Origin: a bacterium
GTDB taxonomy: Bacteria > Electryoneota > Electryoneia > Electryoneales > Electryoneaceae
Assembly: GCA_043801585.1 (NCBI GenBank)
Contig: JAZDLX010000036.1
Location: forward strand, 1 to 19,451
Length of the DNA stretch: 19,451 bases
Reading direction: 5' to 3'
Position numbers and translations under genes: made by a program. Below the pieces are notes generated by a model that saw nothing but the letters and a program-made list of their open reading frames with translations, ran no database searches and was not told the DNA's origin. This document shows, piece after piece, positions 8,909-18,532 of the stretch (the stretch's first letter is position 1; each line of letters begins with the position of its first letter).

Positions 8909-10227
8909 TGGCCAATCTGAGCATCGATTTCTGCGGAATCAAATCGCCTAATCCATTCTGGTTGGCTTCCGCGCCTCCGACGAATTCCGGATACCAGGTA
9001 AATCGGGCGTTTGAAGCCGGTTGGGGTGGTGCCGTATGGAAAACCATCGGCGACCCCGTGATGAACACGGTGAACCGATACGGTGGTCTTGATGTACAGA
9101 ATCGGAAATTGATCGGGTTGAACAATATCGAACTGATCAGCGATCGCGATATTGAGATCAATCTGAAAGAGATGACGGAAACAAAACGAAATTGGCCGGA
9201 CAGGGCTGTTATCGCCTCGCTGATGGTTGAATCAAAACCCGAAGCCTGGCATGACATCGTGCGGCGTGTCGAGGATACCGGTTGTGATGGACTCGAACTG
9301 AATTTCGGCTGTCCCCACGGCATGAGCGAGCGCGGCATGGGGTCTGCGGTGGGTCAGGTGCCGGAATACTGTCAGTCGATCACCGAGTGGGTCAAGGAGG
9401 TCAGCACTGTCCCGGTGATTGTGAAACTCACTCCGAACGTGAATGACATCGTCCCCCCGGGCAGGGCTGCCGTGGCGGGAGGTGCCGATGCCTTGTCCCT
9501 GATCAATACAATCAACAGCATTATCGGCGTCGATCTTGACACCTTCGAGATGATCCCTTCGGTCCGAGGGAAAGGAACCCACGGAGGTTTCGCCGGACCC
9601 GCGGTAAAACCCATCGCATTGCACATGGTCTCGGCGCTCGGCAGGGACAGCGAGATCCATGTGCCACTTTCCGGTATCGGCGGAATCGAGAATTGGAGGG
9701 ACGTTGCGGAGTTCATGCTTCTGGGATGCACCAGCGTACAGGTTTGCACTGCGGTCATGCATTACGGTTTCAGAATTGTCGAGGACATGAGTGATGGTCT
9801 CAGCAACTGGCTGGATGAAAAAGGTTTCAAATCGGTAACCGAAATAATCGGAAAAAGCCTTGAAAAGGTGACCAAATTTGAAGAATTGGACCTTCTTTAT
9901 CGGTCCGTGTCGCGTATCGATAAGGAAAAATGTATCTCCTGCAACCTGTGTTACATCGCTTGCCTGGATGCTTCCCATCAGTGTATCGAGCTCAAACCCT
10001 ATAACGGATCGACCAAACCGGAAGTCGTTGAGCAAGCTTGTGTCGGATGCAGGCTTTGTGCGATGATCTGTCCGGTCGAGGACTGTATCCGAATGGTCGA
10101 AATGGATGGGGACGAAACGATCTCATGGAAACAGTTGTCGAGTAAATTGCCCCAACCGTTGAGCTGGGAGCAACTTCGGATTTTCCAAAAGGAACATGGT
10201 ATCGAAGTGCATCACCAGAAGGCATGA
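8908..10227 (+). CDS. preA: Dihydropyrimidine dehydrogenase subunit, FMN domain plus 2x[4Fe-4S]
   Basis: NPFWLASAPPT, GLNNIELI, catalytic ELNFGCPHGMSERGMG, VKLTPN, and ferredoxin motifs CISCNLCYIAC and CVGCRLCAMICP. SD AAGGAGG upstream. Confidence 0.93.
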   Translation: MANLSIDFCGIKSPNPFWLASAPPTNSGYQVNRAFEAGWGGAVWKTIGDPVMNTVNRYGGLDVQNRKLIGLNNIELISDRDIEINLKEMTETKRNWPDRAVIASLMVESKPEAWHDIVRRVEDTGCDGLELNFGCPHGMSERGMGSAVGQVPEYCQSITEWVKEVSTVPVIVKLTPNVNDIVPPGRAAVAGGADALSLINTINSIIGVDLDTFEMIPSVRGKGTHGGFAGPAVKPIALHMVSALGRDSEIHVPLSGIGGIENWRDVAEFMLLGCTSVQVCTAVMHYGFRIVEDMSDGLSNWLDEKGFKSVTEIIGKSLEKVTKFEELDLLYRSVSRIDKEKCISCNLCYIACLDASHQCIELKPYNGSTKPEVVEQACVGCRLCAMICPVEDCIRMVEMDGDETISWKQLSSKLPQPLSWEQLRIFQKEHGIEVHHQKA

Positions 10228-10292
10228 TGTTGAAGATCCTGCTGCGCTGACGGGAGCAGGCATACCATCTCTATTTGAGTGAGGATAAGAAA

Positions 10293-11678
10293 ATGAAGAC
10301 ACTGATAAAAGGCGGAAAAGTTGTAAACGCCGATGGGTCTCGGATGGCCGATGTACTGCTGGAAGGGGAACGGATTGCCAAAGTCGGAGAATCGCTCGAT
10401 ACTCCAGCCGACCGTGTCATCGATGCTTCGGGGAAACTCGTGATTCCGGGCGGCATTGATGTCCACACGCATTTTGACCTGCCTTTTGGCGGGACGGTGT
10501 CATCGGACAATTTTGATACAGGCCAGAAAGCAGCAGCGTTTGGAGGAACGACCTGTCATCTCGATTTTGCAATCCAGACCCACGGCCACCCGCTCGCGGA
10601 AGCAATCGATCTCTGGCATGAAAAAGCTGAAGGCAAGGCGTCTATTGATTACGGATTTCATATCGCCATCACCGATATGAATGACGACGTGATGAAAGAA
10701 CTGGCCACGCTTCCCGATCTTGGAATTACCAGCCTCAAACTGTTTATGGCCTACAAGAATCTCTTCATGGTCGATGATGAAACACTGTTTCGCACCCTTC
10801 TGGCAGCTCGCGAACTTGGCTTGCTGACATGTGTGCACGCTGAAAATGGCGATGTGATCGACGTGCTCGTGGCGCAGATGCTCGCTGAAAACAAAACCGA
10901 TCCTCTTTATCACGCAAAATCGCGTCCCCATTGGGCCGAGGCGGAAGCTACCGGACGGGCTGCTGCTTTAGCCGCAATTGCTGATGCTCCGCTCTATGTT
11001 GTCCATCTCACCTGCGCCTCCGCACTTGACCAGGTGAGAATGGCGCGCAGCAAAGGTGTGAAGGTTACTGCTGAAACCTGTCCCCAATATCTCTTCACAA
11101 CCGAGGAAGACCTTGCACGTCCGAATTTCGAGGGCGCGAAGTATGTCTGCTCCCCACCTGTCCGTACTAAGGCGGACCAGGCGGCGCTTTGGGATGGCCT
11201 GATCGACGGCAACCTTGCCTGTGTATCAACAGATCACTGTTCCTTTAACTTCAAGGGTCAGAAAGAGCTGGGCCGTGGCAACTTCACCAAGATTCCCAAC
11301 GGTCTGCCGGGGATCGAGGACAGGCTGATGGTTCTTTACCATCACGGTGTTGCCGGAGGAAAAATCTCACCGGAACGCTGGGTAGAGATCAGCTCGACGA
11401 ACCCGGCGAAAAATTTTGGTATGTACCCGCGCAAAGGGGTCATCGCTGAGGGATCAGACGGTGACCTTGTTGTCTGGAATCCTGAGAAGGAACACACGAT
11501 CAGCGCCAAAACGCATCATATGAACGTTGACTACAACCTCTATGAGGGAATGCGGGTAAAAGGTGTTCCGGAGGTTGTTTTTTCCGCTGGCCGACTGCTG
11601 GTAGAGAACGGAGAATTCAAAGGCAAGACCGGTGCAGGCCGCTTTGTCAAACGCAATCCGGTTCATGAAGTGAGTTGA
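10293..11678 (+). CDS. hydA: Dihydropyrimidinase (D-hydantoinase)
   Basis: PGGIDVHTH, AAFGGTT, carbamylated-Lys motif SLKLFMAYK, VHAENG, YVVHL, ETCPQY, STDHC and IPNGLPG. ATG 10293 has SD GAGGA. Confidence 0.93.
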   Translation: MKTLIKGGKVVNADGSRMADVLLEGERIAKVGESLDTPADRVIDASGKLVIPGGIDVHTHFDLPFGGTVSSDNFDTGQKAAAFGGTTCHLDFAIQTHGHPLAEAIDLWHEKAEGKASIDYGFHIAITDMNDDVMKELATLPDLGITSLKLFMAYKNLFMVDDETLFRTLLAARELGLLTCVHAENGDVIDVLVAQMLAENKTDPLYHAKSRPHWAEAEATGRAAALAAIADAPLYVVHLTCASALDQVRMARSKGVKVTAETCPQYLFTTEEDLARPNFEGAKYVCSPPVRTKADQAALWDGLIDGNLACVSTDHCSFNFKGQKELGRGNFTKIPNGLPGIEDRLMVLYHHGVAGGKISPERWVEISSTNPAKNFGMYPRKGVIAEGSDGDLVVWNPEKEHTISAKTHHMNVDYNLYEGMRVKGVPEVVFSAGRLLVENGEFKGKTGAGRFVKRNPVHEVS

Positions 11679-12032
11679 AATGCGGAAGCGGTGTATTGTT
11701 TTCTGCAGCCGTTTAAGAAAGCGATTTCTGTGTTGGATTCGGGAGTGCGGACGTTCCTGGCCACAGAATGCAGGCACGGAAGCATTCGAGCCAGCGGAAC
11801 AGAAAAGACTGACCATTTCTGATTTGGTGTCAGCCTGAGATGCGATACCTCCGATCGATCATCCTGTGCATGATCTTGTCGCGAGATAACGCCAACGGAA
11901 TCTATTTGTTGAAGTCAACGGCGTCTTACGGATTATCTTGTTGAGTCAGTTTGAAACTGAGACGATTTTGGAAAAAGAAACAGGATCTTGAAGACGCGGA
12001 CTTTGGCCTGACGTGTTCTGCCAGACATGTAC

Positions 12033-12069
12033 AAAAGAAGGGTTGCGGAGAGATGCCGCAACCCTTTTT
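12033..12069. terminator. Bidirectional intrinsic terminator
   Basis: 11-bp stem AAGGGTTGCGG (12038-12048) / CCGCAACCCTT (12056-12066) with a 7-nt loop and T-runs on both strands. It lies between convergent hydA and the RND permease, about 40 nt past the permease stop. Confidence 0.8.
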
Positions 12070-12107
12070 ATCTCAAGCTGTGGCGTTCAGTAGCTGCACG
12101 ATCCGGA

Positions 12108-15100
12108 TCATGCTTTCCTGGCAACTCCTGGCTTCGCTTTCCCGAAAAGCACAAGCAATGCGGGCAGTAACGTCAACACCAGCGGGAGCTGCACGACCAG
12201 TCCCGAAATGATCGCAATGGCGAGCGGTTGCTGCATTGCAGCGCCTTGTCCGATGCCGAGGGCAAGCGGCATCAGGGCGAGAATGGCGGCGAACGTTGTC
12301 ATTGCAATTGGACGCATCCGGTTGATTCCCGCCTGAACGAGCCTGTCGTAGGGATCAAGGTTGGGGTCGAGATCGTCGTATTCCGAATAGTAGAAGATGG
12401 CCACCTCGGTCACAATTCCGATGATCATCGTCATGCCCATCATCGCGGTGATGTTCAACTCCGTGCTTGTCAGCCAAAGCCCGATGAAAACGGCCGCAAC
12501 CGCAAGCAGTGTATTTAGCAGCATTGCCAGCGATACTCGAAAACTTTCATAAAGAAACAGGAGCAGTGAAAAGACAAGAACGACCGCGGTCAGAAAGACC
12601 GTGATCAAACCTTTGAATGCAATACGCTGTTGTTCATAGAGGCCACCGAGGGTATAATACATGCCCTTGGGCAGCAGTTCAGCCTCGTTCAACCTTGATT
12701 TCACATCGCGGATCGTGGATCCCATATCCCTTCCGCTGATCCGCCCGGTCACCGCAACCATCCGTTTCAGGTCGTCACGCATGATCTGCGGTTGTCCAGT
12801 GATCTCCTTCAATTCAGCGACACGTTTCAACGGGAACAGGTGTCCGTCCGGAGCCTGCAAACGCAACTGTTCGATGTTTCTGTACAGCGCCCGATCCTTT
12901 TTCGCAATCCACAGACGGACGCCGATCATCTTCGGCCCACTTTGCACCTGGGTCGTGACAATTCCGCTCAAATAACTGTTGATCGTCTGTGACACAACCT
13001 CCGGATCGACGCCTTCCAGCGCCGCTTTCCGGCGGTCAACACGGATGTCGAGAGCGTCGCCCGCAAGAATAATCCCGTCCTTCACATCCACAACCCCCGG
13101 AATCCCCCGGATCGCATCGGCGACTTTCGGGGCGGTGGCAAGAAGTTTCTTCTCATCATCGGAAAAGAGTTTGATCTCGATCGGTTGTGGAACCGCTGTC
13201 AGGTCGCCGATCAGGTCCTCCATCAACTGCGGCATCTCGATTTCCAGCCCGGGAACGGAATGTTCGATGCGTCCCCGCAAATCATCCATCACCTGCTCGA
13301 CGTGACGGCGGGGAGGCGGTTTCAAGCGGATGAAGTAGTCGCCTTCGTTCGCTTCCGTAAGCCCCCCGCCGAGCTGCAGACCGGTTCGCCGAGAATAGGT
13401 TTCAACCTCCGGTGTCGCCTGGAGGATTTTCTCCACCTGCCGCAGTAGACGGTCCGTCTCGCTTAGCGAGGTTCCCGACGGTGCCATGTAATCAAGGATG
13501 AATCCACCCTCATCCATGGATGGCATGAATCCTGAGCCAATATGGCGGTAGGTGAACCACCCGACAGCAAGCAGGGGAAGTACAATGACAAGGATCAGCC
13601 AGGGGTGGGCAAGAACGCGATGCATGATCTTTGAGTATTGATCGTGCGCGAACCGTGTCCACCGCCCTCCCTCTTCCTGCTCGGTGTCTTTTTCTCGCAG
13701 CAGGTGAAGCGCCAGCAGCGGTACTGCAAGCCAGGCGACAAGGAAAGAGATCATCAGGATCGACGCCATGGTCAGCGACAGTGCCTTGAAGAAAGCGCCG
13801 GTGACACCCGAGAGAAATGCAAGGGGCGCGAAGATGATGATCGTGGACGCGGATGATCCGGCGAGCGGATGGGTGAATTCCGCCGCAGCCGTCATCACCC
13901 GTTCCCGGTAGGTTCCGGCACCACCTCTCAGACGGCGAATGATGTGTTCAATCATCACGATTGAATCATCGATCACCAATCCCACTGCCGCTGCCATCCC
14001 GCCCAGTGTCATGACGTTGAAACTCATTCTCAACAACGCCAGCAGAAGGACGGTTGCGGCGAGAACCAGCGGCACGGTAATGATCGCAACGAACGTAATT
14101 CTCAGGTTGCGGAGGAACAGGAAAAGGATCAGTGACGCCAGAAGAATGCCGATGATGACCGCATCACGCACGCTGGCTGCCGAAGAGAGAATCAGCTGGC
14201 TCTGATCGTACCAGTCGGCAACCTTCACATCCTTTGGCAACCGTTTCTCGATCTCATGCAACTTCGCACGAGCGTCTTTCGAGATTTTTACCGTGTTTCC
14301 GCCCGGCTGCTGATACACCTGAAACAGCACTGCGTCATGGCCATCCGCCGTCACCCTTGTCCATTCAGGCACAGTTCCCCGGACAACGGTTGCCACATCC
14401 TCCAGTTCCACCAGACCATTCGCCCCAGACCTCAGAATGGTCCGGCCGATCTCATCAAAGTTGGAGAACTGGGTATCCGAAAGAATCAGGTAGAGCTTGT
14501 CGTTCTGTTCAAGGCGCCCCACAGCGGTGATGATATTGGCGGCGGATAGTGAATTTGCCAGATCCTCGAGTGTCATTCCGAAGGAATCGAGTCGCGGTAG
14601 ATCAACGATCACACTGTATTCTGCAGTGGCCCCCCCGAGAACACCAATCTTCGCGATACCGTGAACCGTGGAAAGCACAGGCCGGATCTGGTAGAGTGCC
14701 AGATCTCGCAATTCGACGAGGGAGCGTGTGTCCGAGGTCAGGCTGTAACCAAGGACGGGGAATACGGTGGGATCCATCCGCCGGACCTCAGACGTGGTCC
14801 CCTGGGGCAGGTCACCGGAGATCTGGTTGATTGCCGATTCCACCTGAAGCATTTCGGACACCATGTCCGCGCCCCAGTCGAAGTTGATCGAGATTTCAGC
14901 GCTTCCCCGGCTTGTTGTGGATCGTGCGTTGCGAACTCCGGGAACGGAGCGGATCACCTCTTCCACCGGCCAGGTAACCTCAATCGCCATGCGTTCCGCC
15001 GGGCGATCACCCGCATCCAGACTCACAACCACACGCGGGAAGCTGACTTGTGGAAACAGGCCCACCGGAAGGCTGAGGCTGCTGACGAGTCCAGCCAGAC

Positions 15101-15164
15101 CCAAAACAGCCAGCACGAACAGGATGGATCTTCGATGGGACTGTATCCAGTCGCTGAATTTCAT
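12108..15164 (-). CDS. RND efflux transporter permease subunit (AcrB/CzcA superfamily)
   Basis: 1018 aa with LPVGLFP, TM4 GLVIDDSIVMIEHI, GFMPSMDEG, RMRPIAMTT, PLALGIGQG and QQPLAIAIISGL. ATGA overlap with the adaptor gene. Substrate unknown. Confidence 0.93.
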   Translation of the reverse strand: MKFSDWIQSHRRSILFVLAVLGLAGLVSSLSLPVGLFPQVSFPRVVVSLDAGDRPAERMAIEVTWPVEEVIRSVPGVRNARSTTSRGSAEISINFDWGADMVSEMLQVESAINQISGDLPQGTTSEVRRMDPTVFPVLGYSLTSDTRSLVELRDLALYQIRPVLSTVHGIAKIGVLGGATAEYSVIVDLPRLDSFGMTLEDLANSLSAANIITAVGRLEQNDKLYLILSDTQFSNFDEIGRTILRSGANGLVELEDVATVVRGTVPEWTRVTADGHDAVLFQVYQQPGGNTVKISKDARAKLHEIEKRLPKDVKVADWYDQSQLILSSAASVRDAVIIGILLASLILFLFLRNLRITFVAIITVPLVLAATVLLLALLRMSFNVMTLGGMAAAVGLVIDDSIVMIEHIIRRLRGGAGTYRERVMTAAAEFTHPLAGSSASTIIIFAPLAFLSGVTGAFFKALSLTMASILMISFLVAWLAVPLLALHLLREKDTEQEEGGRWTRFAHDQYSKIMHRVLAHPWLILVIVLPLLAVGWFTYRHIGSGFMPSMDEGGFILDYMAPSGTSLSETDRLLRQVEKILQATPEVETYSRRTGLQLGGGLTEANEGDYFIRLKPPPRRHVEQVMDDLRGRIEHSVPGLEIEMPQLMEDLIGDLTAVPQPIEIKLFSDDEKKLLATAPKVADAIRGIPGVVDVKDGIILAGDALDIRVDRRKAALEGVDPEVVSQTINSYLSGIVTTQVQSGPKMIGVRLWIAKKDRALYRNIEQLRLQAPDGHLFPLKRVAELKEITGQPQIMRDDLKRMVAVTGRISGRDMGSTIRDVKSRLNEAELLPKGMYYTLGGLYEQQRIAFKGLITVFLTAVVLVFSLLLFLYESFRVSLAMLLNTLLAVAAVFIGLWLTSTELNITAMMGMTMIIGIVTEVAIFYYSEYDDLDPNLDPYDRLVQAGINRMRPIAMTTFAAILALMPLALGIGQGAAMQQPLAIAIISGLVVQLPLVLTLLPALLVLFGKAKPGVARKA

Positions 15165-16261
15165 TGTGTGCTTTCCACGCTAACCCTCATCCCGTCGCTG
15201 AGTTCAAGGTTGCCCACGACAACGATCTGCTGACCCGCATGTAACCCCTCACCCATCACCTCGTATTCGCTCTGATTTTCCAGCCCCAACTGGACCTGCT
15301 GCGACTTCGCACGGCCGTTCTCCACCGTATAGAGCACATGTCCACCCTCTATCGGCAGAACCGCCGCCCGCGGTGCAACGAGTGCTTCCGTAGAGGCGAC
15401 TACGATTTCTCCCCAGATATAGTCATGCAATAGCAACCTGCCCCCCTGCTCAGGTGTCACATAGATATCTATCAACCGGGTCTCTGGATTCACCTGGTGG
15501 GTGACACGGATAAGGGTTGCCGGAATCTCGCTGTCACCGGGCACATTCACCTGGTGCAGCAGAACTTGCTGACCTTCCCTGACATGCCCGATATCCTCGC
15601 TTTCAACACCGAGACGCGCCTGTATGTCGTTCTCCCCGGCCGTTTCAAGCAGAACGTTTCCAGCCGGCACGATCTCGCCCTGCTGGACATGAACAAGGCT
15701 GACCAGCCCCTTCTCTTCTGCCAGAATCCGCCGCTCACCGTCCACCCCACGATCCTGAAAACTCTTGACCTTCAGTTCGAGTGATTGCACTTCGGCTTTT
15801 GCAGACGCAAGATCCTGCCGGGTTCCCAGTTTCATATCGATCAATTCCTGAGTCAAACGGAGTTGATCTTGAGCTGTTTTAAGTTGGTTTTTAGCTTCGT
15901 TAAACTGGAGCTGGGTGTCCGGACTGGGCTCCACGATCAGAAGCGGAGTCTTCGCTGCAACACGTTGCCCCTCGGTAACAAGGACTTTTCTGACACTGCA
16001 CTCAAAGGGAACGCTGAAGGTCTGCGACTTCCCGGGAGTGACGATTACCGTGCCGTAAGTGTTCAACGTCTCCTCGATGCGCTTCCGCCTGAGCTCCGTC
16101 ACCTGAACACTCGCTACCGGTCCCTGATCTTCAAATCGTGAAGGGTCAACCACGGGCTTGGGGTCAACCTGCTTCCGGCCTTCGTGGTAGCCTGCCCATC
16201 CGGCAAGGATCACGAGGACAATTCCCGCCACAGGCAATCCTATTCGCTTCAACGGGTTCAC
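15161..16261 (-). CDS. RND periplasmic adaptor (membrane fusion protein)
   Basis: N-terminal TM anchor, lipoyl half-motifs VTEGQRV and VQQGEIVPAG, a coiled-coil hairpin, VNPETR and GLHAGQQIVVVG. GTG start overlaps the upstream TGA, with SD GGAGG. Confidence 0.9.
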   Translation of the reverse strand: MNPLKRIGLPVAGIVLVILAGWAGYHEGRKQVDPKPVVDPSRFEDQGPVASVQVTELRRKRIEETLNTYGTVIVTPGKSQTFSVPFECSVRKVLVTEGQRVAAKTPLLIVEPSPDTQLQFNEAKNQLKTAQDQLRLTQELIDMKLGTRQDLASAKAEVQSLELKVKSFQDRGVDGERRILAEEKGLVSLVHVQQGEIVPAGNVLLETAGENDIQARLGVESEDIGHVREGQQVLLHQVNVPGDSEIPATLIRVTHQVNPETRLIDIYVTPEQGGRLLLHDYIWGEIVVASTEALVAPRAAVLPIEGGHVLYTVENGRAKSQQVQLGLENQSEYEVMGEGLHAGQQIVVVGNLELSDGMRVSVESTQ

Positions 16262-17670
16262 GGTGTTTCCTCCAGAGTGCCAGGTGTGGTAATCATCGAT
16301 GCTGCACTGCTTGGATGATAGATCCCGGCGGCGATTTCGAGTGCAATACGAGCTTCCAGCAGATCCTGACGAAGCGAAAGCAATTCAATCCGCTTTGTCG
16401 ACAGATCGTTCCAGGTGTTGTAATAGCTTAGAATATCCGCTTGTCTTTCGCTTACGGCGTTGCGGTAGGTCTCAACCAACCGTTCCAGGCTGGGAATTGT
16501 TTTTTCGGCGGCAGCAATTTGTTCATTGATCGAGAGAATCATAGCGTGCAACGTTGCGAGATCAGAAAGTGCTTCGTACACGCGGTCCGTGTATTCATCA
16601 AAAAGCACCTTGCGGGTGGCACGCTCTTGTGCGATCTGTCCCCGGTTTCTGTCGAACAGTGGAAGGTTGATCGAAACACCCCCTCCGCTCGTCACGAGAT
16701 TTCCCGTGTCGGTTGCTTTATTCACTCCCAACTGGATTCCTGGAAATTGGGCGAGGATCGCCGCGCGGACGGTTTCCTCCTGGGCCTCATAGCCACGTCT
16801 TAACGCCACAAGGTCCAGCCGTCGGCGCTGCACTCCCTGCACGAGAGAATCCACCGGGGGTGGAAGAAAGCGATGCGGTGTTTCTTCATCTTCCTCGAGA
16901 GAAATCCGGGTGTTCGCCGGCAGTCCCATTACACGCATCAGCATGAAGCGTTGCCTGGTCGCGTCTTTCTTGAGTGCCAGGTATTGGTTATGAGCCTGAT
17001 TGCTGGCCGCTTCAGCGGCATTCAGGTTCAACTCGGTCATCACGCCTTCATCCAGTGCCTTTCTGACCAGGTCGACATTTTCCTTGAGATTGGAATCTGT
17101 CTCCTGCGCAAGGACAAGCTGACGCTGCAACGTGGCGAGACGGTAAACGGCGATTCGCGCCTCCTGCACGACCTGCCACTCCTGCCAGGCAATATCAAGT
17201 TGGATTGATTCACGAGTATGCTTCGCCGCTCGCACACGTGCGGACCGGGTGATCAGGGATCCCGCATCCCAACCGATGCCGATGCCGGATCCCTTCACCG
17301 CTCCGTCACGAGTCCCTCCGCCAGGCACATCAAGACTCGCGTCAACCGTTGGATCGGGAAGAATGTGCGCCTGCAACAACTGTGCATCCGCCAATCCGCG
17401 ACGGTCCCGTTCCGCCCGCAACGACGGATTTTCCAGCACAGCAATGACCGCAGCCTCATCGGCGGAGAGGCCGTCGGTCAAATCAATCGATAGTGGATGG
17501 GGTTCATCACGCTGCAGTGAATCCACCTCGATCGACAGTGCAGCCATCTCGGGAGGTGTAAGCGCCCTGTTTACGGTCTCTTCTGTCAGGGGATTCGGGT
17601 GGTAAACAGCACAGCCGCCTGTTACCCAAACCAGGGTTGCCTGCAGCAGGATAATGTTATGCACTCGCAT
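16258..17670 (-). CDS. TolC-family outer membrane factor, lipoprotein
   Basis: Lipobox-like VTGG-C after a hydrophobic stretch if started at ATG 17670, plus ENPSLRA, RRLDL and INLPLFDRNRGQIA. First gene of the OMF-MFP-RND operon. The alternative start is 17739. Confidence 0.88.
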   Translation of the reverse strand: MRVHNIILLQATLVWVTGGCAVYHPNPLTEETVNRALTPPEMAALSIEVDSLQRDEPHPLSIDLTDGLSADEAAVIAVLENPSLRAERDRRGLADAQLLQAHILPDPTVDASLDVPGGGTRDGAVKGSGIGIGWDAGSLITRSARVRAAKHTRESIQLDIAWQEWQVVQEARIAVYRLATLQRQLVLAQETDSNLKENVDLVRKALDEGVMTELNLNAAEAASNQAHNQYLALKKDATRQRFMLMRVMGLPANTRISLEEDEETPHRFLPPPVDSLVQGVQRRRLDLVALRRGYEAQEETVRAAILAQFPGIQLGVNKATDTGNLVTSGGGVSINLPLFDRNRGQIAQERATRKVLFDEYTDRVYEALSDLATLHAMILSINEQIAAAEKTIPSLERLVETYRNAVSERQADILSYYNTWNDLSTKRIELLSLRQDLLEARIALEIAAGIYHPSSAASMITTPGTLEETP

Positions 17671-18289
17671 GGAAGTTGTCCGTAAGTCATCGGATCGTTG
17701 GATAAAGTAAGGTATTTCATTTGCTCCACGATGAATCACTTAGCAAGAAAAACGAGATAGCGCGACATAAGGAGGGGCATCATCCAGAAGTCTCTCTTTT
17801 CAGTGCAGATTTCAGATGCTCAGTTGGAGAGAATGTGGGACGGCACGAGTACCGATCCACTTTTAATAAATTGAAAAACAAATAATTGAACCTTACGTGG
17901 GATGAATGTGAATGAAAAATCAGGTCCTGGTTTACCCCTGCAACTTCGATTTGCACTCGTGTCCACCCACTTTGTTTCTGAAATGGGATACGATTGTATG
18001 AGGATGCCCGTAGAGCCTGACCCTTTGATCTCTCCCTTACAGGTTGTGCACAATCGGAAGAATCCGGCGAAGCTTTGCCAATCCGTGGGATAGTGCCTTC
18101 AAAACGCCTTCGAGATTTTCAACAGAAGCCCGCTTTGATCCAGAAACCGAGATGATCCGCGTCTGCCCCAGAATTCCATTAGGGTCAATTCTGGAACAGC
18201 CTGCGTAATAAAGCAAAATTCTCTTTGAACCAATGAAAAATGGATCGTTGAAAACGTTTAAAAAGGCGAAGATAGAAATGCGTTTCCCA

Positions 18290-18393
18290 GTCATTCTGAA
18301 TCCGTCAGCTGACGGATGAAGAATCTATGAGTTTTTACAGGTTTCTACTAAACTCATAGATCCTTCACCCATCTTCGGTGGCTTCAGGATGAC
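18290..18393. repeat. Multi-hairpin REP-like element (GTCATYCTGA...TCAGGATGAC type)
   Basis: Outer stem GTCATTCTGAA / TTCAGGATGAC, perfect 18-bp palindrome ATCCGTCAGCTGACGGAT (18300-18317), long stem TGAAGAATCTATGAGTTT / AAACTCATAGATCCTTCA, and a small cTTCGg hairpin. Confidence 0.8.
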
Positions 18394-18401
18394 TATCTAT
18401 T

Positions 18402-18532
18402 CTAGTGCCGTTTCAGATTCAGTCTGAGTGCGCGATCGAGAGTGGCCCGGCTGCCCCGTCAGCCGGGAAGCCACAATTTCTCAGTACAGCCAAGAAACAC
18501 CAACGAGTCAACTGGTTCTGAAACGGCACTAG
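18402..18532. mobile_element. MITE C bounded by CTAG
   Basis: Perfect 16-bp inverted repeat CTAGTGCCGTTTCAGA (18402-18417) / TCTGAAACGGCACTAG (18517-18532), internal GC hairpin CCCGGCTG/CAGCCGGG, no coding capacity. Confidence 0.8.

Noticed and set aside
3498..17605. Many long antisense and alternate-frame ORFs (e.g. 3498..4217, 6695..7501, 9232..10035, 14661..15233)
   Set aside because: They are shadows of well-supported genes in GC-rich coding DNA and have no motifs of their own.
17880..17920. TTCATT/TTCATC direct repeats on the minus strand upstream of the efflux operon as a response-regulator box
   Set aside because: Too short in an AT-rich stretch, and there is no regulator gene in the window to support it.
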